This document shows positions 48,363-59,100 of a stretch of 64,000 nt of DNA, piece after piece. Numbering within the stretch: position 1 is the first letter of the stretch; every line of letters starts with the position of its first letter. The stretch covers positions 83 to 64,082 of the forward strand of contig DAOVIO010000009.1 of the NCBI GenBank assembly GCA_030673645.1, written 5' to 3'. Below the pieces are notes generated by a model, which was given only the letters and a program-made list of their open reading frames with translations, was not told the DNA's origin and did no database searches. A program made the translations under genes and the position numbers. The DNA comes from Bacteroidales bacterium (lineage in GTDB: Bacteria > Bacteroidota > Bacteroidia > Bacteroidales > GCA-2748055).

Positions 48363-50489
48363 TTACTTAGGATATTCAATTCTTGTATGATAAATTGTCT
48401 GTAGCCTTTTCTTAAACAATTCCTTAATTGTTGTTATTTCCTTAAGTGTCAGATCCGACAAATCAAACTGGTTCTCGGATTGCTGATATCCGATAATTTT
48501 CTCAACCAGCTCTTCAATAATTTCCTTGTTAACCTCTTTCATACTCCTTGAGGCTGCTTCAATGGAATCGGCCATCATTAAAATTGATTGCTCACGACTT
48601 TCAGGCCGAGGGCCTGGATAGGTAAATTTTCTTCCATCCACTTCAGTGTCTGGGTATTTTTTCAGATAAGATTTATAAAAATATTGAACCGTTGTTGTTC
48701 CGTGGTGTGTTTGAATAAAATCTATAATGACCTTTGGTAAATTCTTTTTTCTTCCAATTTCAACACCTTTACTTACATGTCCTATAATTCTCTCAGCACT
48801 TTCTTCAAACTCCAATCGGTCGTGTGGATTAAATCCCGATTGTATATTCTCGATAAAGAATTCAGGATCTACTTTTTTCCCTATGTCATGGTACAAAGCC
48901 CCCGCTCTTACAAGCAAAGGGTCGGCCCCTATTACCCGAGCAGCTTCCTCTGCTAAATTTGCAACTTGAAGTGAATGCTGAAAAGTTCCTGGTGCTTTCT
49001 CCGCAAGCTGACGTAAAAGTTTTTGATTAGTGTCGGATAATTCAACCAGTGTAGCATCCGATAAAAATCCAAATATTTTCTCAAAAATATAAATCAAAGG
49101 ATACGAAGTAAGAACAAGAAGAGCATTCCCGGAAAACCATGCAAACATTTGCCAGTTTAGTGCCCCAATCCTACCTTCCTGAATAACACCCATTCCTGCA
49201 TAAACTAAACTATAAGTCAATAAAGTCAATATTGATGTCACAAATAATATTCCTCTTTTATATACGCTCCTAAGAGTGAATATAACAACAACTCCGGCAA
49301 TAAAATTCATAAATACAAACTCGAAACCATTTGGTGCCCAAAAACCTATAACCAAAATTGTAAGTATGTGTACAAATAAAGCTAGTCTTGAATCATAAAA
49401 AGTTTTAATAATAATGGGTAATAATACAAATGGGACAACGTAAATATTTAAATTCTCAGATTTTATCGCTAGAGAAGCTAAATAAGCCATAATAGTGAGT
49501 AGAAAAATAAGAAGAAATGTCTTTTTACCATTGGCCAACACTTCCTGTCTGAATCCAGTTAAAAACAAATAAAATACTAAAAAGACAAAACTAGCAAGTA
49601 AGACTTGTCCAACAATAATTATTGTCATATTTCGCTGAACATCAGGATTCGTCTCATACTCTTGTTTCAAGGATTGGAGAATTCGGAAAGTTTCTTCATT
49701 CACAGGTTCTCCAAGACCAATTATTTTCTCTCCGGCCTGAACCATCCCATATGTTAAATTTAATTCAGACTCATATGAATTCTTGATTAATTCTGAAGTC
49801 TCATCATCATAGAAAAGATTAGGATTTAATAAATCCATAGGATCTATAATACTTATGAATGAATAATCATTAGAAATACCAACCTTAAGTCTTGCCATAG
49901 AAGTCCTAAAATATTCAAAAGCAGTTTTATGTGTAAATACTATTGAAGACTGCCTACTTTCAACGAGCTGACCATCAATCACAGATATCAACTTATCGTA
50001 GTTATTTATATTCTCCAATGCTAAAGGATCATCAACTATACCACGATCATAAATATCTTTAATAATCTTCCAAATCTCCTTGTAATAATGATTTCTTTCA
50101 AGCTCAAGCTCAGAAATATATCCGGTAGAACTAGCTTCAAGACCATTTATAGATAAGAGATTCACATAATCCTCCCATGCTTGTGGGAATATCCGGTTAG
50201 TATAATCTATAGTAATATTTAATAATACGCTGGTGTCCAACCTGAAATATGGCTGAAAATCTTGCATCAAACTATCAAGTTCTGATTTTAATATTACTTC
50301 ACTTTTATATATAGGGAAATTGAAAGGGGCGATAAGAACCTCGTGCATCCAGGGTTTACCCTTTTGAAACTCATAACGAAATTTACCTTCCTTGGGGAAT
50401 AGCATTGATATAATTGCAATTCCAGTCAGAAAAAAAATGAGGTTTCTAAGCTTTCCTGCCCAAAAAGTTATTTTATCGGAAATTTTCAT
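48363..50489 (-). CDS. 7TM-receptor HD/HDIG phosphohydrolase (PgpH-like)
   Basis: Large N-terminal extracytoplasmic domain, 7 TM helices, and a C-terminal HD domain with HSLQV...ALYHDIGK. Confidence 0.85.
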   Translation of the reverse strand: MKISDKITFWAGKLRNLIFFLTGIAIISMLFPKEGKFRYEFQKGKPWMHEVLIAPFNFPIYKSEVILKSELDSLMQDFQPYFRLDTSVLLNITIDYTNRIFPQAWEDYVNLLSINGLEASSTGYISELELERNHYYKEIWKIIKDIYDRGIVDDPLALENINNYDKLISVIDGQLVESRQSSIVFTHKTAFEYFRTSMARLKVGISNDYSFISIIDPMDLLNPNLFYDDETSELIKNSYESELNLTYGMVQAGEKIIGLGEPVNEETFRILQSLKQEYETNPDVQRNMTIIIVGQVLLASFVFLVFYLFLTGFRQEVLANGKKTFLLIFLLTIMAYLASLAIKSENLNIYVVPFVLLPIIIKTFYDSRLALFVHILTILVIGFWAPNGFEFVFMNFIAGVVVIFTLRSVYKRGILFVTSILTLLTYSLVYAGMGVIQEGRIGALNWQMFAWFSGNALLVLTSYPLIYIFEKIFGFLSDATLVELSDTNQKLLRQLAEKAPGTFQHSLQVANLAEEAARVIGADPLLVRAGALYHDIGKKVDPEFFIENIQSGFNPHDRLEFEESAERIIGHVSKGVEIGRKKNLPKVIIDFIQTHHGTTTVQYFYKSYLKKYPDTEVDGRKFTYPGPRPESREQSILMMADSIEAASRSMKEVNKEIIEELVEKIIGYQQSENQFDLSDLTLKEITTIKELFKKRLQTIYHTRIEYPK

Positions 50490-50687
50490 AACTCAATCTA
50501 TATTAATAATTAGTAAGGAATTATAAATGGACTCATAAAAATAAAAAATTAATGATGGATAACATCAATAATTCTAAAAACAGTATCCATCGGGCAAATA
50601 TATAATAATCAAAAATATATATGCTATTGACAATATGTGATATTCATACCCGGCAAAAAAGTTATCTTTACTCTAAATTTATATAAA

Positions 50688-51470
50688 ATGTCATTAGGTA
50701 TTTGTCTTCAAAATTATATTCCGCTAAGAGATGAACCTTCAGAAAGGTCTGAAATGATTAGTCAGGTTTTATATGGAGAAATTGTTGAACTTATTGAAGT
50801 TAGTAGAGAATCCGGTTTTTCCAAAGTAATTATTCTTTATGATGATTATGAAGGCTGGCTTGATTCTAATGCTCTGGTACCACTTGACGAGAATACGTTT
50901 AATCAGATGAGTAGTCTTGAAGAATATGTGCTTCCTGAGATTAACAATCTTATCACTCTAAATAATAATACTCAAATAAATATTGGAGCAGGAAGCAGTT
51001 TATGGAAGAAAAATAATAGTATTATCCATCCTGAAAATGTCTTATCACTCGAATCAGATATTACTAAAAAAAATGTCAATACCAGGGATGAAGTTATACA
51101 ATCAGCTCTAAAATGGATAAATATTCCATATTTATGGGGCGGCAGAAGTAGTTGTGGTGCTGACTGTTCCGGTTTTGTGCAGAATATATTCAAGCAGGTT
51201 GGAATCAAATTACCAAGAGATGCTCATAAGCAAGCTGAGATTGGAAAAAGTATAGATTTTCACATAAAAGCTCGTCCAGGTGACCTTGCTTTTTTTGATA
51301 ATATTGAGGGTGAGATAAAACATGTAGGGCTTCTTTTAGATTCCACTAGAATTATCCATTCGTCAGGCATTATCAAAGTTGATAAAATAGACCAACAAGG
51401 TATATTTTCTGATGAAAAAGTCAATTACACCCACAATTTGAGGATTATAAAAGATATTATTGGTGATTGA
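50688..51470 (+). CDS. NlpC/P60 (C40) cell-wall peptidase with N-terminal SH3-like domains
   Basis: Catalytic-Cys motif GADCSGFVQNIF, plus HVGLLL. The ORF track starts at GTG 50637, but ATG 50688 (MSLGICLQNYIPLRDEPSE) is the more likely start. Confidence 0.85.
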   Translation: MSLGICLQNYIPLRDEPSERSEMISQVLYGEIVELIEVSRESGFSKVIILYDDYEGWLDSNALVPLDENTFNQMSSLEEYVLPEINNLITLNNNTQINIGAGSSLWKKNNSIIHPENVLSLESDITKKNVNTRDEVIQSALKWINIPYLWGGRSSCGADCSGFVQNIFKQVGIKLPRDAHKQAEIGKSIDFHIKARPGDLAFFDNIEGEIKHVGLLLDSTRIIHSSGIIKVDKIDQQGIFSDEKVNYTHNLRIIKDIIGD

Positions 51471-51907
51471 TGGAATATTCCTATAAATACCCAAGACCAT
51501 CTGTTTCGGTTGACATCATGATTTTTTCTAAATTGAATCAAAAAATTGAGGTTCTGTTAATCCGAAGAAAAAATCCTCCTTTTAAACAATTATTTGCACT
51601 GCCAGGTGGATTCATGGATATGGATGAAAGTCTTGAAGAAGCTGCTATCAGGGAGCTAAAAGAAGAAACAAATATTGATATAAAATCTCTGTTACAATTC
51701 GGAATTTATGATAAACCAGATAGAGATCCACGAGGTCGTACACTTTCAGTAATTTTCTATGCAATCTTTGATAAAAAGCCTGATAACATAGAAGCTGGTG
51801 ATGATGCCCAAATGGTGAAATGGTGCGATATGAATAAACTTCCGGAATTAGCCTTTGATCATACACAAATACTAAAAGATTCGGGCGTTCTGTTTGATAT
51901 AATTTAA
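51467..51907 (+). CDS. NUDIX hydrolase
   Basis: Nudix box GGFMDMDESLEEAAIRELKEETN. It overlaps the upstream gene by 4 nt. Confidence 0.85.
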   Translation: MMEYSYKYPRPSVSVDIMIFSKLNQKIEVLLIRRKNPPFKQLFALPGGFMDMDESLEEAAIRELKEETNIDIKSLLQFGIYDKPDRDPRGRTLSVIFYAIFDKKPDNIEAGDDAQMVKWCDMNKLPELAFDHTQILKDSGVLFDII

Positions 51908-51930
51908 GAGCTCATATCATTAACTTTTAC

Positions 51931-51938
51931 TATATTTG
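51931..51938 (+). promoter_or_regulatory. -7 promoter box TATATTTG for cysDN
   Basis: Exact TAnnTTTG, 39 nt before the cysD ATG at 51978. Confidence 0.45.
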
Positions 51939-51977
51939 TGCCCTGAAATCAATTTTAAGAAAAGCAATTAAATAGAA

Positions 51978-52883
51978 ATGGATAAATACTCATTAACCCA
52001 TCTAAAAGAACTCGAATCTGAGTCAATTTATGTTATTAGGGAAGTCGCTGCTCAATTTGAAAACCCAACTCTTTTGTTTAGCGGTGGTAAGGACAGTATT
52101 GTGATGTATTATTTAGCTAGAAAAGCTTTTTGGCCTGCTCCTGTTCCGTTCACATGTATGCATATTGATACTGGACATAATTTCCCTGAGACCATTAAAT
52201 TCAGAGATGATTTAATGGAAAAGACCGGTGGTAAACTAATTGCAGCAATGGTTCAGGATTCAATCGATTCGGGAAAAGCTGTTGAAGAAACTGGTGTAAA
52301 TGCAAGTAGGAACGTAATCCAGACTGTAACACTCCTGGAGGCTATTGATAAACATAAATTTGATGCAGCATTAGGAGGAGGAAGAAGAGATGAAGAAAAA
52401 GCAAGAGCAAAAGAAAGATTTTTTTCTCACAGAGATGATTTTGGTCAGTGGGATCCTAAGAATCAACGTCCTGAATTGTGGAATATCTTCAATGGAAAGA
52501 AAAATATGGGCGAGCACTTTCGAGTTTTCCCCTTGAGCAACTGGACAGAAATGGACGTATGGCAATATATATATTTGGAAAATATTGAAATACCGGATCT
52601 GTATTTTACTCATAAAAGAGAAGTGTTTTTCCGGGATGGGGCTTGGCTTTCCACTGCTGAATTCATGGAATTAAAACCCAATGAAGTGCCTGAGATAAAA
52701 GATGTAAGGTGCAGAACAATTGGTGATATCACAAATACAGGTCTAACTTTATCAAAAGCTAATACATTGGAAGATATTATTGATGAGGTAGCTGCTACCC
52801 GGGTAACTGAACGAGGTAGCCGTTCTGATGATAAAAGATCAGAAGCCGCTATGGAAGATAGGAAGAAGGAAGGGTATTTTTAG
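51978..52883 (+). CDS. cysD: Sulfate adenylyltransferase subunit 2
   Basis: PP-loop FSGGKDS; collinear with CysD over its full length, 301 aa. Confidence 0.95.
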   Translation: MDKYSLTHLKELESESIYVIREVAAQFENPTLLFSGGKDSIVMYYLARKAFWPAPVPFTCMHIDTGHNFPETIKFRDDLMEKTGGKLIAAMVQDSIDSGKAVEETGVNASRNVIQTVTLLEAIDKHKFDAALGGGRRDEEKARAKERFFSHRDDFGQWDPKNQRPELWNIFNGKKNMGEHFRVFPLSNWTEMDVWQYIYLENIEIPDLYFTHKREVFFRDGAWLSTAEFMELKPNEVPEIKDVRCRTIGDITNTGLTLSKANTLEDIIDEVAATRVTERGSRSDDKRSEAAMEDRKKEGYF

Positions 52884-53080
52884 AGGGAATTGGGGAAGTT
52901 ATGAAGTTATGGTGTTATGCAGTTAGATAATTATAACATCATAGATTAGTAATAAGACAAGCATTGCACTTTAGAGCACCTGAGGATACGAAAAAAAAGA
53001 GAAAAAGTTAGTGCTAGTTTGATTGTAGATAAAAACAAAAAGTTATTTAAAATATATTTAGTTTATTTTTTTAGAAAATT

Positions 53081-54364
53081 ATGACAAAGGATACTGAAAA
53101 TTCTACTTCCGGATATCTAGATATGCAATTATTGCGTTTTACTACAGCGGGTAGCGTAGATGATGGGAAATCGACCTTAATTGGCCGTCTTTTATATGAT
53201 AGTAAGTCTATTTTTGAAGATCAGTTAGAAGCCGTAAAAGAAGCCAGCAAAAGAAGAGGAGAAGAGCATGTAAACCTTGCATTACTTACAGATGGATTGA
53301 GGGCAGAAAGAGAGCAAGGAATTACAATTGATGTAGCTTACCGGTATTTTGCAACTCCAAAAAGAAAATTCATTATTGCTGATACGCCAGGACATATTCA
53401 ATATACAAGAAATATGGTAACCGGTGCTTCTACTGCAAATCTTGCTATTATTCTTATTGATGCCAGGCATGGTGTCCTGGAACAAACTATCAGACATTCC
53501 TATATTGCCTCATTATTAAGAATTCCTCATATCCTTATCTGTGTAAACAAGATGGATCTAGTGGAATATAAGGAGGAAAGATTCGAGGAAATTAAGAAAG
53601 AATTCAACCAATTCTCTTCCAAACTAGATGTTCAGGATGTTCGGTTCCTTCCAATTAGTGCACTTAATGGTGACAATGTTGTTGATAGAAGTAAGAATAT
53701 GCAATGGTATGATGGGCCTACTCTTTTATATTTGTTGGAAACGATTCATATTGCTAGTGACAGAAATTTTGTTGATGGACGTTTTCCTGTTCAATATGTT
53801 GTAAGGCCACAATCTGAGAAATATCCTGATTATAGAGGATATGCCGGAAGAATTGGATCAGGAATCTTCAAAAAAGGCGATAAAGTGAAAATATTACCTT
53901 CTGGAATTTCATCAAAGCTTAAATCTATAGAAACCATGACAGGGGAACTCGAAGAAGCTTTTGCTCCGATGTCGGTTACAATGGTGCTTGAAGACGATAT
54001 AGATGTAAGTCGTGGTGATATGATAGTTTTAGATAACAAAGAGCCTGAAGTTGATAAGGAAATAGATATGATGGTTTGCTGGCTTAGTGAGAAATCTTTG
54101 ATCCCGAATGGAAAGTATTTGCTCCGACATACAACAAATGAGTCTCTATGCATAATAAAGGAGGTATCTTACAAAGTAAATATCAATAATCTTGAAAAGA
54201 ACTACGATGATCTTAATATTGGCTTAAATGAAATTGCCCGTATTAAGATTAAATCATCTAAGCCAGTGTTTTTCGATTCATACAGAAGAAATCGTGTTTC
54301 AGGTAGCTTGATTATTGTAGAAGAAGGAACAAATAATACTGTGGGTGCAGGAATGATTGTTTAA
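53081..54364 (+). CDS. cysN: Sulfate adenylyltransferase subunit 1 (GTPase; no fused APS kinase)
   Basis: G1 GSVDDGKSTLIGRLL, G3 DTPGH and G4 NKMD; 427 aa. Confidence 0.9.
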   Translation: MTKDTENSTSGYLDMQLLRFTTAGSVDDGKSTLIGRLLYDSKSIFEDQLEAVKEASKRRGEEHVNLALLTDGLRAEREQGITIDVAYRYFATPKRKFIIADTPGHIQYTRNMVTGASTANLAIILIDARHGVLEQTIRHSYIASLLRIPHILICVNKMDLVEYKEERFEEIKKEFNQFSSKLDVQDVRFLPISALNGDNVVDRSKNMQWYDGPTLLYLLETIHIASDRNFVDGRFPVQYVVRPQSEKYPDYRGYAGRIGSGIFKKGDKVKILPSGISSKLKSIETMTGELEEAFAPMSVTMVLEDDIDVSRGDMIVLDNKEPEVDKEIDMMVCWLSEKSLIPNGKYLLRHTTNESLCIIKEVSYKVNINNLEKNYDDLNIGLNEIARIKIKSSKPVFFDSYRRNRVSGSLIIVEEGTNNTVGAGMIV

Positions 54365-54680
54365 TCATGCTCTACTGTATATAAGCGTGGATTAAAGATT
54401 TATTGCGATAATTGAACCTTAACTCAATATTGTCTTCTTACTATAAGCTGATGCTTGGATTCATTTATATATGGGGTGCTGGTTGAGGTAAAACTCCTAA
54501 AATGTTTTAAGTCTTCCATTCTTCCCAAATCTATGTTATAAATATATTTGTTTTCCATAGGAATTTTCCCATCTAAATTCAAAATTCAACAGTCTAGAGA
54601 TTAAAACCTAAAGTTGGGCTACCTTTTGCCTGTTCTACTAAAAAAATGTGCAAACATTCAGTGTTTAAACACAAAGGCAT

Positions 54681-54716
54681 AAAAAAAGACCGTATCCAAT
54701 GGACACGATCTTTTTT
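54681..54716. terminator. A/T-flanked hairpin; terminator of susD-like gene (usable from both strands)
   Basis: A7-gaccgtatcca-a-tggacacgatc-T6 (10 of 12 positions pair), 26 nt after the SusD-like stop. Confidence 0.6.
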
Positions 54717-54741
54717 ATATAAATATTCAATTAAGACTTTT

Positions 54742-56163
54742 CTAAAATTCGCTGCCACCTGCCCACCAGGTTTTATCTGAATAAACATCAACAACAGGCA
54801 TATTAGCAGAGTTAGATGATTCTTCACTCGTTGGATAAGGGAATCTCCAAACAAAGCCTGTTGTAGTATTATTAGGATTATCAAGAGTTAAGAATGCAGG
54901 AACCCTACGATAATCGTTATAAGCTTCAGCTGCTTCATGCTCATATAAAGCAAGGTACTTTTGAGTAAGGATCTCATTCACTTCATTTCCAGCAAGCAAA
55001 GGTACAACCTCATTATCAAAATAATCGGTTCCATCTGCTAATACTAAACCATGAAATACAAAATTAGCTTCGATAGCTGACTGTAAAGCAGCCTGCCATA
55101 CTGCAGCGGTAGCACCAGTTCTGAATAAAGCTTCCGCCTCAATAAACCTAAGTTCATGATTTGTCATAATTGGAGTACCGGTTGTCTGACCATTTATGGT
55201 AAGTAAAGACCATGAATAAATTCCACCCTGAGATTGTTCAGCAGTACCATTAGGTGCAGGTACAACAACTCCTTCAAGTAGCTCAAAGTAAACACCAATT
55301 CTTGGATCAGTTCTTGCATCCATTAGATCATACATGCTCTGACTTACAGATAAATGACTTCTGTCGTTCATAAACTGATACCATGGATTTTCTCCAATTG
55401 CAGTTGCTTCATAGGAATCAAAAATGAAATTATCCGTATTTTCAACAAATCCATTAGCAATAGCAGTCAAAGCATTAGCGGAAGCATTTGCATCAACATT
55501 AGACAATCTCATCCAATGCCTTGCTTTTAAGGAATAAGCTGCCTTAATCCAGGCATCAACATCTCCACTATAGATATAATCTCCTGCTGTTGAGAAAGTT
55601 GTTACACTTTCTAAAGTAGCAATACCATCATCAAGCCATTTGAAGATGTCAGGATAAATAGCAGATTGCTTATCATAAACAGGTTGTAGATTATCTGAAC
55701 CATTAAGTGCCTCAGTCCATGGGATTTCACCCCACATATCCGTAGTAACTCCTAAATTATAAGCTGTTAAAACCTGTGCAATACCACGTACAAACAAATT
55801 ATCAGCTTCAGGACCATCAGGAGCAGTCTTATCCAGTATAACTTTACAAGTATTCATTACATCATAAAGATTATTCCAGTTGTTATTAAATAAGGTAGCA
55901 GATGCCTGACCAATTCTTTTATCAGCATCAACAGACTGAGCCCAGGTTCCTGCACTATGTTCAATGTAAACTGTAGCATACCAACCAATGTCAGTTCCAG
56001 CAGTCTCAAACGCTGATTTAACAATAATATCAGGAAGCATGCTTTGCGAACTCATTGTGAGTGCATTATTTTTTTCTTCGTTAATCTCGTCCATTATTTC
56101 CTCACTGCATGCTGTGAAAAGCAGAGGAATAATTGCAAGAAACAAAAATTTAATTTTTTTCAT
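54742..56163 (-). CDS. SusD/RagB-family outer-membrane nutrient-binding lipoprotein
   Basis: Lipobox LLFTAC and TPR-like helical N-terminal half. It sits 31 nt downstream of a SusC-type gene. 473 aa. Confidence 0.85.
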   Translation of the reverse strand: MKKIKFLFLAIIPLLFTACSEEIMDEINEEKNNALTMSSQSMLPDIIVKSAFETAGTDIGWYATVYIEHSAGTWAQSVDADKRIGQASATLFNNNWNNLYDVMNTCKVILDKTAPDGPEADNLFVRGIAQVLTAYNLGVTTDMWGEIPWTEALNGSDNLQPVYDKQSAIYPDIFKWLDDGIATLESVTTFSTAGDYIYSGDVDAWIKAAYSLKARHWMRLSNVDANASANALTAIANGFVENTDNFIFDSYEATAIGENPWYQFMNDRSHLSVSQSMYDLMDARTDPRIGVYFELLEGVVVPAPNGTAEQSQGGIYSWSLLTINGQTTGTPIMTNHELRFIEAEALFRTGATAAVWQAALQSAIEANFVFHGLVLADGTDYFDNEVVPLLAGNEVNEILTQKYLALYEHEAAEAYNDYRRVPAFLTLDNPNNTTTGFVWRFPYPTSEESSNSANMPVVDVYSDKTWWAGGSEF

Positions 56164-56194
56164 ATTATATAATTTTTTAATGGTTTCCTATAAA

Positions 56195-59100
56195 TTAGAA
56201 TGTAAAATTAAGGGTTACACCATAAGATGTTGTCTGAGGCAGAGAAACATACTCAAAACCTGCCTGACCATTGCCCATACCTTGAGAAGTCTCAGGATCA
56301 ACATTTGGTAATGTAGACCAAAGCAGGAAGTTTCTTGCAACAGCACTTACTGAGGCACCCTGCATTCTAATCTGCTGAGCTATTTTCTTAGGTAATTGAT
56401 AAGTAAGCGCTAACTCTCTTAATTTAATATAAGAAGTTTCATAAACTACCATCTCATCAATTGATCCATATACTGAAGCATAAAAATCAACATATGCATC
56501 GTAATCATCAACTCCACCTCTTTCAATAGTATTAACAGATCCGTCAGATAATACACCAACTTCATTAGCATTTTCTGTATCTGCATAAGTGAAAGGAGTG
56601 GTCCTGTCTTCAGTAAAACCAGCAGAACCATAAAGTCCTGCAAGCCTGTTAGTACCAGAATAAATATCTCCACCCTGTTTCCAGTCAAATTGGGCAGTTA
56701 ATGACAATGACTTATAAGTAAAGTTATTAACAAATCCAACTATAAAATCCGGAGAAACATCACCAATTTTCCCTGAGCCACCGGCCATTGGGAAACCATA
56801 TGACCAACTGGTTGGATCATCGTCAATAAGTACATTCCCATCATCATCACGAGCCATTGTTTCACCATAAATAGTAGGATAAGTATAACCTGAATAAGCC
56901 CTGACATTAGGAGTAACATAACCTGCAAGAGAGACACTCTCAATTCCTTCAGCAAGAGTAATAACTGTGTTGTTAATTTTCGTGAAGTTAGCATTCATAT
57001 TCCACTCAAAACCATTCGTTTTTACAGGGGTTATATAAAATACAATTTCGTGAGCTTTTGAATTCATTTCACCAGCATTGGTAACGAAACTTGCGTAACC
57101 TGTTGATCCAGCCATTGGAACTGAGAAAATTTGATCAGTAGCTGTTTGATCTGAGTAAGTATAATCAATACCCATCCTATTATTAAGGAATTTCAACTCA
57201 AGTCCTAATTCATAGTTGCTTGTATTCTGTGGCATAAGATTAGGATCATAAATAGTAGAAGATGGTCTGAAACCAGAAATTCCTCCTAATGGGAATACCA
57301 AACCATCATCTAGAAATCCACTGTCTCCACCACCAAGGGTATAAGTTTGATCCCTGTAAGTACCTGCCTGACCAACCTGAGCATAAGAAGCCCTGATTTT
57401 ACCATAAGGTAAGATAGTATTATTCTTCAAAGCTCCAAGTTCTGTAAAAATAAATCCTAATGAAGCTGAAGGATAGAAAAATGCTCGATTTTCAGAAGGC
57501 ATACTTGATACTATATCGTACCTACCTGTCGCATTAAAAAATAACATATTATCATAATCCAGACCAAGGTTACCATAAGTACCTACAGATCTGTATAAAG
57601 ATTTGGATTCGTCAGCTACTTGAGTAGTAGTATTGGACATATTATTCCATCCTGGAATAGTAAATCCGGTACCAGCCATTGACCAGCTTCTTGAAGTTCT
57701 ATCATCTACTTCATTACCTACAATCATTGTAGCATTCAATTTATCGCTTAGATCTTTGGTAAAAGTAATATTCAATAAAGAATTTAAATTACTTCTACTT
57801 ATACCATAGTTCTCTATTGAACCACCGGTAGGGGCTTTGTATGCATATACTTGATTATCAGGAGTAGGATAATCTACACCAGTTGGAAGAGATTGGCCTG
57901 TATAGGTACTACCTGCCTGGTATATATCTTCATTATCAGTTGAATATGTGTCAACACCTAATTGGTATCTAACATTAATCCAGTCGACAGGATTGTATTC
58001 AAGAAAAGTATTACCAAAAAATCTTCTAGTTGTTTCGAGGAATTTATTATTCTCCACAGCCCAACGTGGGTTTTCACCAACACCACCACGACGGTAACTA
58101 ATCTGACGATATTCTCCTAAAGCACCTTCCTGGTGATATGGAGTTCCCATCAAATCAAAATTAGCAGGCGAACCATAAACAGTAAATAAGTTACTTGAAT
58201 TACCTGAAGGAAGTTTCTGTAAATCAACATCGGAATAATTTCCTGAAAAGCCAGCTCTCCACTTATCGCCAAGGTCAATTGTAGCAGTAGCTTTTGCAGT
58301 AGATCGATCCATACCGGTATTAGGAACAATACCAATCTGGTTAGTTGAACTTACTCCAACAAGATAACTACCGTTATCATTTGCGTTACTAACATTTACA
58401 CCTTTATAGATTGTAGAACCATTACTAAAGAATCCTTCAGGATTATTGAAAGCCTCAGGCTCTACCCATGCTCCTTTATAAGGATCAAACCACATACCTG
58501 GCTTGCCTAATGCATCTCCACCATAAACAGGAACGCCAGGAAGATCTGAAATTTTTGGCCCCCAGGAATAAGAGAAAGCATTATAATAATCTCCATACAA
58601 ACCCTGTGCATAAGTTTGCTGAACATCATAAAGCCTGGCAATAGCATCACTTGTATAAGATGTTGTCAGGTTTATAGTAGGATTACCTCCGGAGGTTTTC
58701 TTTCCACTTTTAGTTGTAATAATAATTACACCGTTTGAAGCACGTAAACCATAAAGTGCAGCAGCTGCCTGCCCTTTTAACACATTAATAGTCTCAATAT
58801 CATTTGGATCCAGGTCAAGTGTCCTTGATGAATAATATGCTCCAGTAACATTCTGGTCGTAATCTGGATTACTGGTAATAGGCATACCATCAACAACATA
58901 TAATGGCTGATTGTTACCACTAAAAGAACGAGCACCCCTAATCAACACTGTAGCAGGTGCACCTGGCATACCTGATGACTGTCGAACTTCTACACCAGCT
59001 AACTTACCTGAAAGCGAAGTAAGAAGGTTTGGGTTATTTGCCCGAGATACTTCTTCTGCTGAAATTTCCTGAACAGAATAACCAAGAGACTTTTTGTTCT

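Noticed and set aside
52901-52930. Mini-ORF ATG-AAG-TTA-TGG-TGT-TAT-GCA-GTT-AGA-TAA (MKLWCYAVR) in the cysD-cysN spacer, considered as a Cys-sensing leader peptide.
   Set aside because: It has a single Cys codon, no obvious alternative terminator/antiterminator hairpins downstream, and lies after cysD rather than ahead of the operon. The evidence is insufficient.
54594-54884. 96-aa minus-strand ORF spanning the susD 3' end and the downstream terminator.
   Set aside because: It overlaps the well-supported SusD-like CDS in another frame and runs through the terminator hairpin at 54681-54716. It has no recognisable features.
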